Assembly: GCA_951406725.2 (NCBI GenBank)
Contig: OX597814.1
Span: 46,562,001-46,626,000, forward strand
Length of the DNA: 64,000 nt
Origin: Octopus vulgaris
Taxonomy: Eukaryota
Direction of reading: 5' to 3'
Part shown: in pieces, positions 52,885 to 63,081 of the stretch
Position numbering within the stretch: position 1 is the first letter of the stretch
How the letters are laid out: each line of letters opens with the position of its first letter
Notes under the pieces: model-generated
The model's input: only the letters and a program-made list of their open reading frames with translations
What the model was told of the DNA's origin: nothing
Database searches by the model: none
Program-made: the position numbers and the translations under genes

Positions 52885-55800
52885 CTGTGTTTGTCCCCCT
52901 AGCATTGCTTGACAACCGATGCTGGTGTGTTTACATCCTCGTCACCTAGCGGTTCGACAAAAGAGATGGATAGAATAAGTACTGGGCTTACAAAGAATAA
53001 GTCCCGGGGTCGATTTGCTCAACTAAAGGTGGTGCTCCAGCATGGCTGCAGTCAAATGACTGAAACAAGTAAAAAAGTAAAAAGAGTAATGAGATATACA
53101 AAGACAGATATATGGGCTGAAGGACAGGCATGTGAATGCTTATATCGTGTGTTTTCAAATATATGTGGAATAAAAAACTTGAAAAACAGGTATGCATTAG
53201 CAACAGAAAGGACATCAGACTGTAAAACAATGCATTAATAATATGTATTCATCTAACCCATGCTAACATAGAAAAATAAATGTCAAGTGAATGAACAAAC
53301 AATTTCATTATTTCAAGTATTTCACTGCTTTGAATGATTCATTGAGTAACCCATGTGACAACATATTTGGCTTATGTAGAATTTTATTTAGTGAGGCACG
53401 GAGATACTGGTCTTGAGTAGTAGTCCTTGTATTCCATCTCCTATGTTATAACTGCTTAGCTGTAGATGTTTAGCTTATTTAGTGTCCTTTTCATGAAGGA
53501 TTACTTCATCATCATCATATAGCATCCACTTTCGATGTTGGCACGGGTGAGACAGTTTGACTGGAACTGGTAAGCCAGAGAGCACCACGTTCTGATTTTA
53601 GCTCTGTTTCTATGCCTGGATGCTCTTCCTAATGCCAACTACTCCAAGGGTTTAGTGGGTGCTTTTTACGTGTCACTGGCAAGGGTGCATTTACATGTTA
53701 CCAGCATAGGTACTTTTATGATATTTTAGTTTCCTTATCTTATAATTCTGTTGCAATTTTTTCATATTGCTTTCCCTTTTTCTTATTTTACAAACAAGAA
53801 CAATTTTTTCTTCATTCTACTTAGGGTGTTCATTTAGTTCAGTAGTTGTGTGGATGGCCTTTTGTACTTGGCTTATACTATCCATGCTTTTCTTACACAC
53901 ATTTAGAAGGTATCTATCTGCTATTGAAAAGGTACTCTAGAATGGGAAGAATCTTTGAATTTTGAAGTTATTTCTACTATAAGTAGCTCTGTTGATTGAA
54001 CAACTGGAATACTTAGTGTTGAAACCAATAAGGAATACATTTCTGGAGCCATTCTTATTCACCTTTTGGAAAACTGAGAAGATGTTTCTCCATAGTTGTT
54101 CTTCCATAGTAGTTTTTTTAAATTAAATTTTTTTTTTTTTTAAATTTCAAACATCACAATGTAGTTCTTATGATTAACAATTGATGCTTTTATTCGTTTA
54201 ACACTCTATTTGTTCTTGTATAAACAGGGTTTTTTTCCCTTCATATCTTCATTCATGTTCTATTCCCTTCTATTTTCATTTTAATTTTGGATGTATTATA
54301 TATTGTTGTTATAATAATAATATTTATTTTTATCATTCAGTTGCAACATTCTGATTAATAAACACAAAGAGGCTAAAATTGGTGATTTGGGTTTAGCTGG
54401 ATTTTTGACTGATCATTCATCTGAACTTTTGGATCGTGTATCCAAACAAATGAATCCAAAACTTTTTGGAACTCTAGCTTATTTGCCACCAGAATTTGGT
54501 ACTTCAAAAGGGAAACGTTTCTTAGAAACAGATATATACAGTTTTGGTGTGGTAAGTTGTCTTAAATGATATTTTATCCTTATTGCATGTTTATATTAAT
54601 CATTTCAGACTGTTTTCCATTTATGATAGGAAAGTCCATGGCAAATTTTCTCATAATAAAATTTAATCTTACTCTATTCTATAGGTGTTGCTAGAAATTA
54701 TCACAGGAAAATTAGCTTTTGATGATCGATATAAAACACTGGTAAATATATTTTTTACTTCAATTTATTAGTTGGAAACGTGTAGTTACGTATATGAGTA
54801 CTTTGTAGAACTGAAAAACATTCTATTGACATTTAACAACAAAACATGTGAGAATGTATTTTTGTAAAAAAAGCGAAAAACAATAAAATTGGAAAAGTAG
54901 AAAAGAAAATATCTCTAACAATAAATGAGTTTAAATATGTTAAAAAAAAAGATGTTTAACTAAATTTTTTCTGATCAAAGAAAAATAATTAGCTGTAACA
55001 ACTACAAAATGATTCTTGAAATTTAGGGAAAAGACAGACTGAATGATTAGATGACCCAATATTGTCCCTTGTATGTCTGAGATGTTGAAAACGTACAGCC
55101 TTGTAATGTTTAGTAAAACAAAGTAGAAGCATGTTAATATACAACAATGTATGAAATATATAATACACCAGTTTATGTTAGTAATATACTGGTTTGTGTC
55201 TCTGAAAAATTTTTATACTTCCAATTTTTATATGTCAAACTTCAAATGTTCACCAAAAGTGTGAATAATGTTTTAAGGAAAACTTGACTTGGTTGTGTTT
55301 GTATGTGTGAGGTGGTATTAACATTGATATATATGATTTGTAAATAATATTCAGAGTGACAAGGTAGTTAACTGGCAGAATCATTAGCATACTGGAGAAA
55401 ATGCTTAGCAGCATTTCATCTGTCTTCAGGTTCTGAGTTCAAATTCTACTGAGGTTGATTTTTTTTTTCTTTCATCTTTTCAGGATTGATAAAATAAGTA
55501 TCAGTTGAGCACTGGGATCAATGTAACTGATTTATCCCCTCCTCTGAAATTGCTGGTCTTGTGCCAAAATTTGAAACCAATATTCAGAGTGACAGGATAA
55601 CGTGAAGCAACTGAAAAAAAACTGTCCATTGACAAATTTCAGATCAATTTATTTCTAAAAATAGGTCCACACAGATAAGAATTTTCTTTCGAGGAATGTG
55701 GTTTAAACAGTTTAGTCATATGACTAGATTCCAGAGTTTTCTGCTCAGAATGAGCAGCAACTTGGACATTGATGATTTGGCATGACAGACTGGACATTCA

Positions 55801-58800
55801 ACCTGTTTTGGTGATAGTATATTTTGGTAGTGGAAGCAAACACACATTTTCATGAAGAAATATACACATACAGATAGAAAGTGAGAGAGAGAGAGTGAAA
55901 GAGACTGATATTTCACATGCATACAAACATAACTAGATGCTCTCACACATAAACAAGAAAAGAGCAGAGTAGAGAGAATAAGAGAAACATTAAAATGTTT
56001 GATGTCAAATAAGACAGCATTGAATCAGCAACACCCAAATGGCTGTGCCAAAATGTATCAAACCCTTTTTTGTTATATCAGTTTTAAATTTAGGCATCAG
56101 TGGTACCTAGACTAGGTTTTGACCAATGCAAATGTTTTTGAGCAACTTTAGCTGTTTTATGTTGTGACTGGAATTTATAACCAATAGATTTACACTTAAG
56201 CGTGCTGTGGCTATACTAAACTAGTTTGATTGGGAGCCAAGATTTTACATGCAGCCATATATGTGTGTCTATGTTACTGTGTGTGTGAGCATCGACTTTT
56301 AAGTTTGTTTCTGTGTTTGTATACTCATATGTGTAAAGTATCACATCTCAAGTTTGTTTGCATATACTGTTATAAAAGACTTGTTGGATATCAATAAATT
56401 GTTTTCTTTTTCCAGGTTGAGCAAATGGAGAGTTCTTTAGAGGATAAACCAAGAGAATTATGGGTTAAAGAAAGTGATAAAAGAGTTGAATGCCAGTCAA
56501 ATACTTTGATACCTAACTTATTTGACATAGCTTTCAAATGTGTCTCTGAAAGAAGAAAAGATCGACCAGCAATGAGTGAAGTAAGTATTAAATATATCTT
56601 GCCTTTTTCCCAGATACTCCTTCCTACCCTTATATAAATGTGAGATAGCTATGTATCTTCTCCATAGCAAGACACTTGTTCCTTGCACATGATCCCAGTC
56701 CAACCTCTCAAATACTTCCCTACTTAGCCAAGATGTCTTTTCACTTTTCTCTTTTCTTCTTTCCTGCCTTGCGAGTTACTTGGTGATCCTGCTAGTGCCA
56801 ATGACATAACAAAAATGCACCCAGTATACTCTGTGAAGTAGTTGGCATTAGGAAAAAGCATCCAGCTGCAGAAACCATACCAAAGCTGACATGAAGCATG
56901 ATGCAGGTCCATGGTTCACCAGATCCTCTCAAACTGTCCAGCTCATACCAGCATGGAAAATGAACATTAAATGAGGATAACGATGATCTAAACACTGCTT
57001 CTGTTAATAGTTTTGCTAGAAAATAATTTGTATCTATGGGAGAGAGAAATTTGAATTTTTTATAATGGAATTGCATTTGTAATTTATGTAGTTCAACCAA
57101 AGCACTTTTTGCACCAGCTTTCATTCTTCTTCCAATTCTACCCTAATAACTCTGTCACTCTAGAGCAGAGAAAAATTGCCAGTGTCATTCTCCTGTTCAA
57201 AAAAGGTGATTACACATCATGTGTCAACTACCGTCCAGTCAGTCTTACTAGCTGCATCACCAAATTGATGGAGTCCTGTGTCAGAGAAACACTCTGGAAC
57301 TTCTGGAGCTCTCACAGCCTTATTTGACCCTCACAGTTTGGGTTTATCCCTAACTCCAGCTGCTTTAGCCAACTCATCCAGTTTTCTGAGGGCATCACCC
57401 AAATCACTGATGACGGCTCATGAATGGATGTTATCTATCTTGACTTTGTCAAAGCCTTCAATTCTGTGCCACACTAACAACCCATGGCAAAACTCTGCTA
57501 TGGATGTGAAAGATGATCTCTGTAACTGGTTGAATCCTTCATTCTTGGTTGAAAATTGGTAGTCACGGTTCTAGGACATCATTCTTCACTCTATGAGATG
57601 ACATCTCCTGAAACCCCAGAGATCCATTCTTGGGCCTGTGTTTGTTGCATATATTAATCGAAATCAAATTTGATGACTGGCATCCATGCTAGTGGAGCGC
57701 TAAGAACACCATCCGAGCGTGATCATTGCCAGAACAGCTGACTGGCTTCCATGCTGATGACACATAAAAAGCACCATTCAAGCGTGATCATTACTAGCGT
57801 CGTCTTACTGGCACTTGTACCGATGGCATGTGAAAAAACATTCGAGCGAGGTCGTTGCCAGTGGTGCTGGACTGGCTCCTGTGCAGGTGGCATGTAAAAA
57901 ACACCATTTGAGCATGGCCATTGCCAGTACCGCCTGACTGGCCCTCGTGCCAGTGCCCATCAGTCCCATTTCTTTATTTTTTGAAGACTTATTCACTGTT
58001 CACTCTCTGTGCATATTCTATGTACTGTTTATGCAGTTTCGGTTACAATTTCTGATGAGTTGTAGCGCACCTGAGCCCTGTATACAATAAGTTCATTATT
58101 ATTATTATGATGCCTATAATTTACATCAGTCACCTCATATTTTAGGGCAGTGCTTATCATAGCAGCGATCATTGAAAAGGATGATGATGAATATCTACTG
58201 AATCAATGAAATATAAAGCTTGCTCTAGGTTTTGAGATATTTAAAAAAAAATTATGACACATGTAGTTGATTTTCAGGAGTATTCTATATTCTTGAATTA
58301 AAGAATTATGCTAAATACTTGTAAATTTTCACAAAGTAACCATAAATTTAGTTGCACAAATAATTTTAATAAAAGCACTATCTGAACATGATCGATGCCA
58401 AACCTACCTGACTGGCTCCTGTGCCAGTGGCATGTAAAATGCACCCACTACACTCGGAGTGGTTGGGGTTAGGAAGGGCATCCAGCTGTAGAAACTCTGC
58501 CAGACTAGATTGGAGCCTGGTGCAGCTGCTGGCTCTCCAGACCTCAGTCAAACCGTCCAGCCTGTGCCAACATGGAAAACGAATGTTAAATGATGATGAT
58601 GATGATGAAAAGCAGTTAGCAAAATGTATTTAATAAAACCACAAATTCACAGATTTCTGTCAGGCGTTTTTCTCAATTATACCTGTTCATTTTTTATTAG
58701 GTGGTGCAAAATTTGAACTGTTTGGAAAGGCATTTCATAAGAGGTAATTATTCATACAATTTATTTACCAGATTTGCAAAAAATTACTCCTGGTAACTTC

Positions 58801-60104
58801 CTTGACAGCACAAGGAATTTTCATGGGAGAATACAAAAGCAGCTTGTTGTTTTTTTTTCGCAAAACTCCATTTTCTCACTTCTTTACAACGTCCACTACC
58901 CTAGCTGAACAGAGTCAGAACAAATACTGCAAATACACTCTTATAACTTCACTAATATACTTCCCAGTCTGTTGAAAAGAATATAAGACAAACTTGACTT
59001 CAGCAGGATTTGAACTCTGAACATAAGAGTCTAAACAAAATGCCACAAGGTATTTTGTCTGATGCCCTAATGATTCCAGCAAATTGTTGCCTTAGTGACC
59101 TTTGAAGTGCTATTCAGTGGTATAAAATGAACATGTTTATTTCCATATCTAAGTATTATGAGAAAGCAAAATAATGTGCTTTGCTATAGAATATAAGCTA
59201 AAGGCTATGATAACGTCTGAACTCCTCAAAATATCTTAGCTAGTATACTCTGAATATGAGAGAGAATATTTCAAATATATTTAAATGTCAGATTTTACAG
59301 TATGTTTAATAGTTAGTCCAACTGTTTTATTGTCTTTTTTAGTTTATACCAACTTAATGCAACTATTTCATCCTTAGTCTAGAAGAGCCCTATTTTTCAA
59401 AGGACTATGCCTTTCAGTTATGCAAATATTTCTGATTATGATAGTTTGTTTTTCCTTCTCAAATTCATCAAGTTATAATAGATATAATTAACTGAATGTT
59501 TCAATAACCTAGGTGAGTTAAGTTTCATTTTAAAAAATACCAGTAAAATCAAGTCTTCAATTTTCAAATAACATTTGTATTAAGAAAATCTCTACTCCAG
59601 TCAGTTAACATGTATAAATTCTATTCTTTTTTTCTAGATATCGAAGTTAATGTTCCAGAAATGCTTTATCAATCAACCAATGAATATTGTCAGTCTAGTT
59701 CTTCCAACAGTGATAACTTTGATCCATTTACAAGCTGTGAGCCATTTAAGCTGCAGCGCAGCTGGGATGAAAAAAATAAAAGAAAAGCTGAGACAATATC
59801 ACATTCTGAGAGTGTAGAAGACAATTGTGCAAATGATAATGTAGAATCTCTTCCAGATGAGGAACTATGTTCTGAGACTTGCGTAAGCACACATGTGGAG
59901 TCAGTTTTGAATGAAGATGCTAATTTATGTGAAGATGAAGATACTAACAGCAAAACTGAAAGTGATGAAATAGGTTATAAAGAGTTTTCAACAGATATAA
60001 AAGATCAAAGGAAGTGCTTTTTCAAGAACTATGAAGCAAAGAAATATAATTGTTTTCAAGAAAACTATAATTGCTCTGATGAATGTGGGGTAAATGCAGA
60101 ATAA
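30588..60104 (+). CDS. IRAK1: IRAK1/Pelle-like death-domain Ser/Thr kinase, 12 coding exons, 1965 nt, 654 aa
   Basis: join(30588-30666,40946-41116,44182-44304,48866-49215,49308-49381,49895-50009,51232-51341,54341-54551,54685-54741,56416-56580,58701-58743,59638-60104). All GT-AG and phase-compatible. N-terminal death domain, GRGTFG, AIKK, VYEYM, HGDIKS, DLG, GTLAYLPPE, DIYSFGV, RPAM. Exact orthology is inferred. Confidence 0.88.
31597..32063. mobile_element. MITE with long imperfect TIRs and 8-bp TSD (Merlin-like)
   Basis: TSD agtcgttc at 31589-31596 and 32064-32071. TIR ggcgaagttctgttttaagcac... / ...gtgcttaaaacagaattacgcc, about 100 bp. Confidence 0.8.
35101..35790 (-). mobile_element. Tc1/mariner (maT/DD37D-like) transposase C-terminal remnant
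   Basis: FWHPNSPDCNPMDY and LPRDTVRSACARLQSHLEATVEAEGSYLE in broken frames. Confidence 0.7.
35797..36115 (-). mobile_element. RTE 3'-end fragment
   Basis: (CAT)n + ccatgctagcatgggttgg + about 60-bp tandem units. Confidence 0.7.
37441..39238 (-). mobile_element. 5'-truncated RTE-clade LINE (RT C-half, Cys-rich insert, 3'UTR, (GAT)n tail)
   Basis: DMEKAFDRV, ELLYADDLALI, PCSLCRKGIGRNCIRCTQCKL, FRYLGD, LRWYGHVARM, GRGRPRKTW. Frameshifts and stops present. Confidence 0.9.
39245..39600 (-). mobile_element. SINE family A
   Basis: Reverse complement of the 29764-30145 type. Confidence 0.8.
40946..41116 (+). CDS. IRAK1: Kinase exon 2, death domain
   Basis: ttcag| AAEIDLSFREIKCLESDRNPTVSLLRIWGCQNATVFDLYKVLHKVGRYEEMKHLEQI |gtatgt. 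Confidence 0.9.
41487..41881 (-). mobile_element. Tc1-like transposon 5' fragment
   Basis: Reverse: TIR-like ggggttagacaaagtaacggaaacacc next to TA; MTDLLDFQRGQIVGARMVG... and SGRKPKLSDRD (paired-like domain and GRPR-type motif). Confidence 0.75.
42045..42185. repeat. Inverted repeat (about 63-bp arms) carrying hammerhead 3'-half GAAA-caattg-TA; same family as the 26166-26460 element
   Basis: Arms read directly. Upstream ggtacttaa...gcaccaga...ggggtgattata matches 26197-26265. Confidence 0.8.
42346..42589. repeat. Inverted repeat (about 94-bp arms, about 56-bp spacer), Penelope-like inverted pseudo-LTR
   Basis: gacaacaaagccaaggc...gaaagttagtcttacagctgtttctg mirrored by cagaaacatctgtaagactaactttc...gccttggctttgttgtc. 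Confidence 0.85.
42473..42520 (+). ncRNA. Minimal type I hammerhead ribozyme motif
   Basis: Stem I gtct, CTGATGA, stem II a-gggatat/atatctc-a, GAAA, stem III catctg (cagctg in the mirror arm), TA, stem I' agac. Confidence 0.7.
42882..43084. mobile_element. piggyBac-type MITE
   Basis: TTAA-ccctt ... aaggg-TTAA. Confidence 0.65.
43734..44041. mobile_element. piggyBac-type MITE
   Basis: TTAA at 43730 and 44042; TIR ccccttaccc/gggtaagggg. Confidence 0.8.
44182..44304 (+). CDS. IRAK1: Kinase exon 3, linker
   Basis: tacag| QEENRPLAHIPEGARYINPEEINNLQPDNNDDFVDEINPS |gtatgt, phase 1-1. Confidence 0.8.
44400..44783 (-). mobile_element. SINE family A
   Basis: Reverse complement of family A. Confidence 0.88.
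45474..45855 (-). mobile_element. SINE family A (small internal deletion)
   Basis: Reverse complement of family A, ending gccactcctgcgcc. Confidence 0.88.
46440..46840 (+). mobile_element. Decayed CRE-like restriction-like-endonuclease C-terminus of a non-LTR element
   Basis: EPAGLGLGDGKRPDGMTV, QAEKSKLSKY, EPVAVETS, LFQCISLAIFQGNA. Confidence 0.65.
47218..47432 (+). mobile_element. SINE family B
   Basis: ggtggtgagctggcagaa...agttcaaattcc...gataaaataagtacc. Confidence 0.75.
48556..48768 (-). mobile_element. SINE family B
   Basis: Reverse complement of family B. Confidence 0.78.
48866..49215 (+). CDS. IRAK1: Kinase exon 4, linker + subdomains I-II
   Basis: tttag|...YSYEEIESATQSFSHCIGRGTFGSVYYGILKGSRCAIKKLSK|gtaaat. 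Confidence 0.92.
49308..49381 (+). CDS. IRAK1: Kinase exon 5, alphaC helix
   Basis: polyT-gttgaag| DLNGTNKAINILKKNPLDEMKILLR |gtaaaa, phase 0-2. Confidence 0.85.
49895..50009 (+). CDS. IRAK1: Kinase exon 6, gatekeeper/hinge
   Basis: YRHDNIINIYGYCFHKDDIYFVYEYMDKGSLQDCLLND|gtaagt. Confidence 0.92.
50488..50772 (+). mobile_element. SINE family A, 3' part
   Basis: gaagcccgtc...gactgaaacaagtaaaagagtaaag. Confidence 0.85.
51232..51341 (+). CDS. IRAK1: Kinase exon 7, catalytic loop
   Basis: NDCLNWIERLTITKGIACGLYYLHSHSVPVIHGDIKS|gtttgt. Confidence 0.92.
51674..52130 (-). mobile_element. SINE family A
   Basis: Reverse complement, full length. Confidence 0.88.
52693..53088 (+). mobile_element. SINE family A
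   Basis: ggcgcaggagcggctgtgtgg...tgaaacaagtaaaaaagtaaaaagag. Confidence 0.88.
54341..54551 (+). CDS. IRAK1: Kinase exon 8, activation segment
   Basis: CNILINKHKEAKIGDLGLA...FGTLAYLPPEF...TDIYSFGV|gtaagt. Confidence 0.93.
54685..54741 (+). CDS. IRAK1: Kinase exon 9
   Basis: atag|VLLEIITGKLAFDDRYKTL|gtaaat. Confidence 0.92.
55362..55582 (+). mobile_element. SINE family B
   Basis: Homologous to 47218. Flanked by the direct repeat aatattcagagtgaca (about 55346 and 55579), a probable TSD. Confidence 0.75.
56416..56580 (+). CDS. IRAK1: Kinase exon 10, subdomains X-XI
   Basis: ccag|VEQMESSL...LFDIAFKCVSERRKDRPAMSE|gtaagt. Confidence 0.92.
57110..57660 (+). mobile_element. Decayed CR1/L2-type RT fragment
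   Basis: LFKKGDYTSCVNYRPVSLTSCITKLMES and DVIYLDFVKAFN. Confidence 0.75.
58375..58608 (+). mobile_element. RTE 3'-end fragment
   Basis: ttaggaagggcatccagctgtagaaac...(GAT)n. Confidence 0.7.
58701..58743 (+). CDS. IRAK1: Kinase exon 11
   Basis: ttattag|VVQNLNCLERHFIR g|gtaatt, phase 0-1. Confidence 0.82.
59638..60104 (+). CDS. IRAK1: Kinase exon 12, acidic C-terminal tail and stop
   Basis: tttctag| phase 1; open for about 155 codons, D/E/S/N/C-rich, TAA at 60102-60104. Confidence 0.82.
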
Positions 60105-61646
60105 GTAGTACTTATTCTTTAAGTTTACAAAAAGCGTGTTAACTGTCAGAAACAAGCTTTGATTGATTTGTAAACTCTTTGAAGTCCTCCTGAAGACAAA
60201 AGGTATAAATCTGGATTTTAAAAGATTTTTGGAGTTTCTTGATCTTGGTTCCCATGAGTCAGTTATTCAAAACTGCAGGGTATGTAACATTAAGGGCGAT
60301 AACACTGGGAAACATTTTCAAAAAAAATTTTTAGTTGTCTTACTTTTTACAATTGGTTTTATTTAATTTGATGGTGCTGGGTTCAGAAATGTCCTCTGAA
60401 CTTTTTCGTCATGCCAAGTCTTTTTGTTAAACAGGAATTCATTTTTTACCGAAAAAAAGTCAATGTTGCTGCTAAATGCAGTACTGAAATACGAAACTAA
60501 CATAAACCAAATAATACTTTTTATTATTTAACAAATATATTACACAAAATGTTTAATTGAACATCTTATTTTATTATATGATATTTCTGTCAAACTGAAC
60601 TTGGAATGATAGTAACACTAAATCAAGCACAGTGTGGGCATATCTGCTGGCAGATACAACAAAATCCACAAATACGGGACATGTATGAAGTCAAGGATCA
60701 CAGAAATATAGTTTATTAACTAATTCTATTAAGGACATTTCTGACATCAGCATGATGTTTAAAGCTGATTAAATTGAAAATAGTGAAAGTTGCTTGAGTT
60801 TGATGTTTTTTATTTATTAAAGATAGTTAATTCATGACTTTCATAGTAGCATTTACTTCAAATGACATTGAAAAATTAGGTTTCCAAAGTTATATCATGC
60901 TCTATAGATGGCTCCACATTTGATGAAGCCAAATCTATACTTAGAAATGATGACAATATCAAGAATGCTGAAAAATGGACATTTGAATTAGTGAAAAACC
61001 TTGGTATGACAGAAATGGATTTCATGTTTTAAATCAGCACCCCAAAATTACCAGAAAACTTATCTCTGACACTAGACTAGACAACAAAAACCATGTTCCC
61101 CAATGTAATAGTAAAGTTCAAAAGAGTAACAATTAATTTAAAATTCAATAACTCTTTAACAAAATTGAGCTGTCTGATTGTCATTTACCTGCAGTTTTAG
61201 ACAACACATTGAGTATTTACTTCACAGTTGGGTATATATCTATAAGAGACAGAAATTGTTGGATATGTTTTTTTCTGTCTTTCAGTAAGTAATCCTGTTA
61301 ACCCAACCCCCTTTTGGTGCCACTGACTTTGGGATACACTATAATAATGTTATTTTTATATTACAATTCCTCTACATTCAAATTGAAAAAGAAAAAAAGA
61401 AAAAAAACCTGAAATTTGAGATACTATCACATAAGATGGAACTCACTTCCTTTCACTCATACCTTATGTTTATATATATATATATATATATTCAATCTCA
61501 TGGCTTTCATAGTTTCTAATCTTTTTACTAAGTCACAAATTTGTTGAGAAATTGAATCATTCATTATATTACTGGCACCCTTTGTAAGATTGATATCAGA
61601 ATGTTAAAAGATATACTTAGATAATATATGGTTTGTGTGTAAATAT

Positions 61647-62000
61647 ATTCTTTTACTTGTTTCAACAAGAGGCTGACGCCATGCTGGAGCACTGCCTTTC
61701 GGTGTTTTGGGGTCTCCTTTCCGTAGTGTTTTTCTGGTGGAGAAACGAGTTGGACAAAGCTGCTCTTCTTTGTGCCTCCTGCCGTGATGTGGGCTCATCT
61801 GGGATTTCAGACAGAAATTTGTCCAGGTGTTTTTTGAACGTTTTCACATCTACACCTTACAGATCTTGTAGGTCCCTTGGCAGGATGTTAAACAGTTGTG
61901 GTCCCCTGAAACCCAGACTGTTGCAATACTGGGTCCTTATCTGAGATGGAGATGGTATCTTTGGTATTATGCAGTGCCATCCAGTTCAGTGGTTGGTTTA
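61647..62000 (-). mobile_element. 3' end of a second CR1-like LINE family
   Basis: GFRGPQLFNILP...KTFKKHLDKFLSEIPDEPT...RAALSNSFL, homologous to the ORF2 C-terminus at 23800-23970. Tail tgaaacaagtaaaagaa. Confidence 0.8.
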
Positions 62001-62991
62001 GCATGGCTTTAAACTCCATTCATGAAATTTAATTGTTACAAAGAATGGTACTTTTTAAGACTATTATTTTTATACAAAATAAGTTTAAAAGAGTTATTTA
62101 TAAATGCCTACTTAATTTTAAAGATACTCATAGGCATGACACTGGTGTAATTATATTATATTTATAATAAAATTGTTATTGCTCTCCTTTAAGATAGACT
62201 TTGTTTTTATTATTTTGATGGAAAATGAGAAAATACTAAGCATGTACTATTTGTGGTAGAATCAATTGCTTGACTGTGAAAAGAGTTAAATTGGTATAAA
62301 TGGTAGAGTATCCAATTCTGTTGGCAGTATTTGATACCTTTTTATATTTATTATCATTGTTGCTGTTTTTTTAAGTTTGCTCTTTGCATATTTGCATGGT
62401 TTGGACAAGACTTGTAGAGTAAAGGCGCTTGGCCTAGTGGGTAGGGTGTTGCACTTACAATCGTGAGATAATGGTTTCAATCCCCAGATTGGTTGTGCAT
62501 TGTGTTCTTGAGCAAAACACTTCATTTCATGTTGCTATAGTTCACTCAGCCATAAATGGATAATCTTTTCATGGATTGGCTTACAAAGGTGAGATGGTAA
62601 CTCTGAGAAAGTTACCTGAATAGAGATCATGCTAAACATGCTTTATTTTCAGCAATTGAAAAGATGAATAAGTACAACCTGAACTCAGCTAGTTGGGATT
62701 GGTTATTCAATCATGTTGAAGATCGATCAATCAAGTCAAGGCAGAGGCAATATTCTCTGACCTAATGCTTTTCCTGATGTCAACCTTTGATTTTCAAATA
62801 AAGAACTTTATTTCATGACTTCAATCACTTCACAAATGACTGTTAAACAAATTATTTAAATATGGAAATAATAGAAAATAAACAAATATAAGAAATTATT
62901 TTATTTAAACTGAAATCCAGACATTTGTAGCTTTTTTTTTTTTAATATATATACTCGTATATGTTGTAAAATGTTTATATAATGACACAGT

Positions 62992-63081
62992 TTAACTTGA
63001 TGATTTTAACTGGCCTTGACCTTTAGATACATCACTTATACAGACCCATTCACCTTCCAATGTCTCTTTCCAAAGTGTCAC
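62992..63081 (-). CDS. SEC13: SEC13 (COPII/nucleoporin WD40 protein) terminal coding exon; rest of gene beyond window
   Basis: Reverse strand tttttgcag|VTLWKETLEGEWVCISDVSKGQGQLKSSS*, matching the recalled animal SEC13 C-terminus (VTLWKESVDGQWVCISDVNKGQG). Confidence 0.92.
   Translation of the reverse strand: MTLWKETLEGEWVCISDVSKGQGQLKSSS

Noticed and set aside
59482-59512. 31-bp micro-exon candidate before the GTGAGT donor
   Set aside because: In-frame stop in the required phase and a weak acceptor; the 59343 acceptor is the better candidate.
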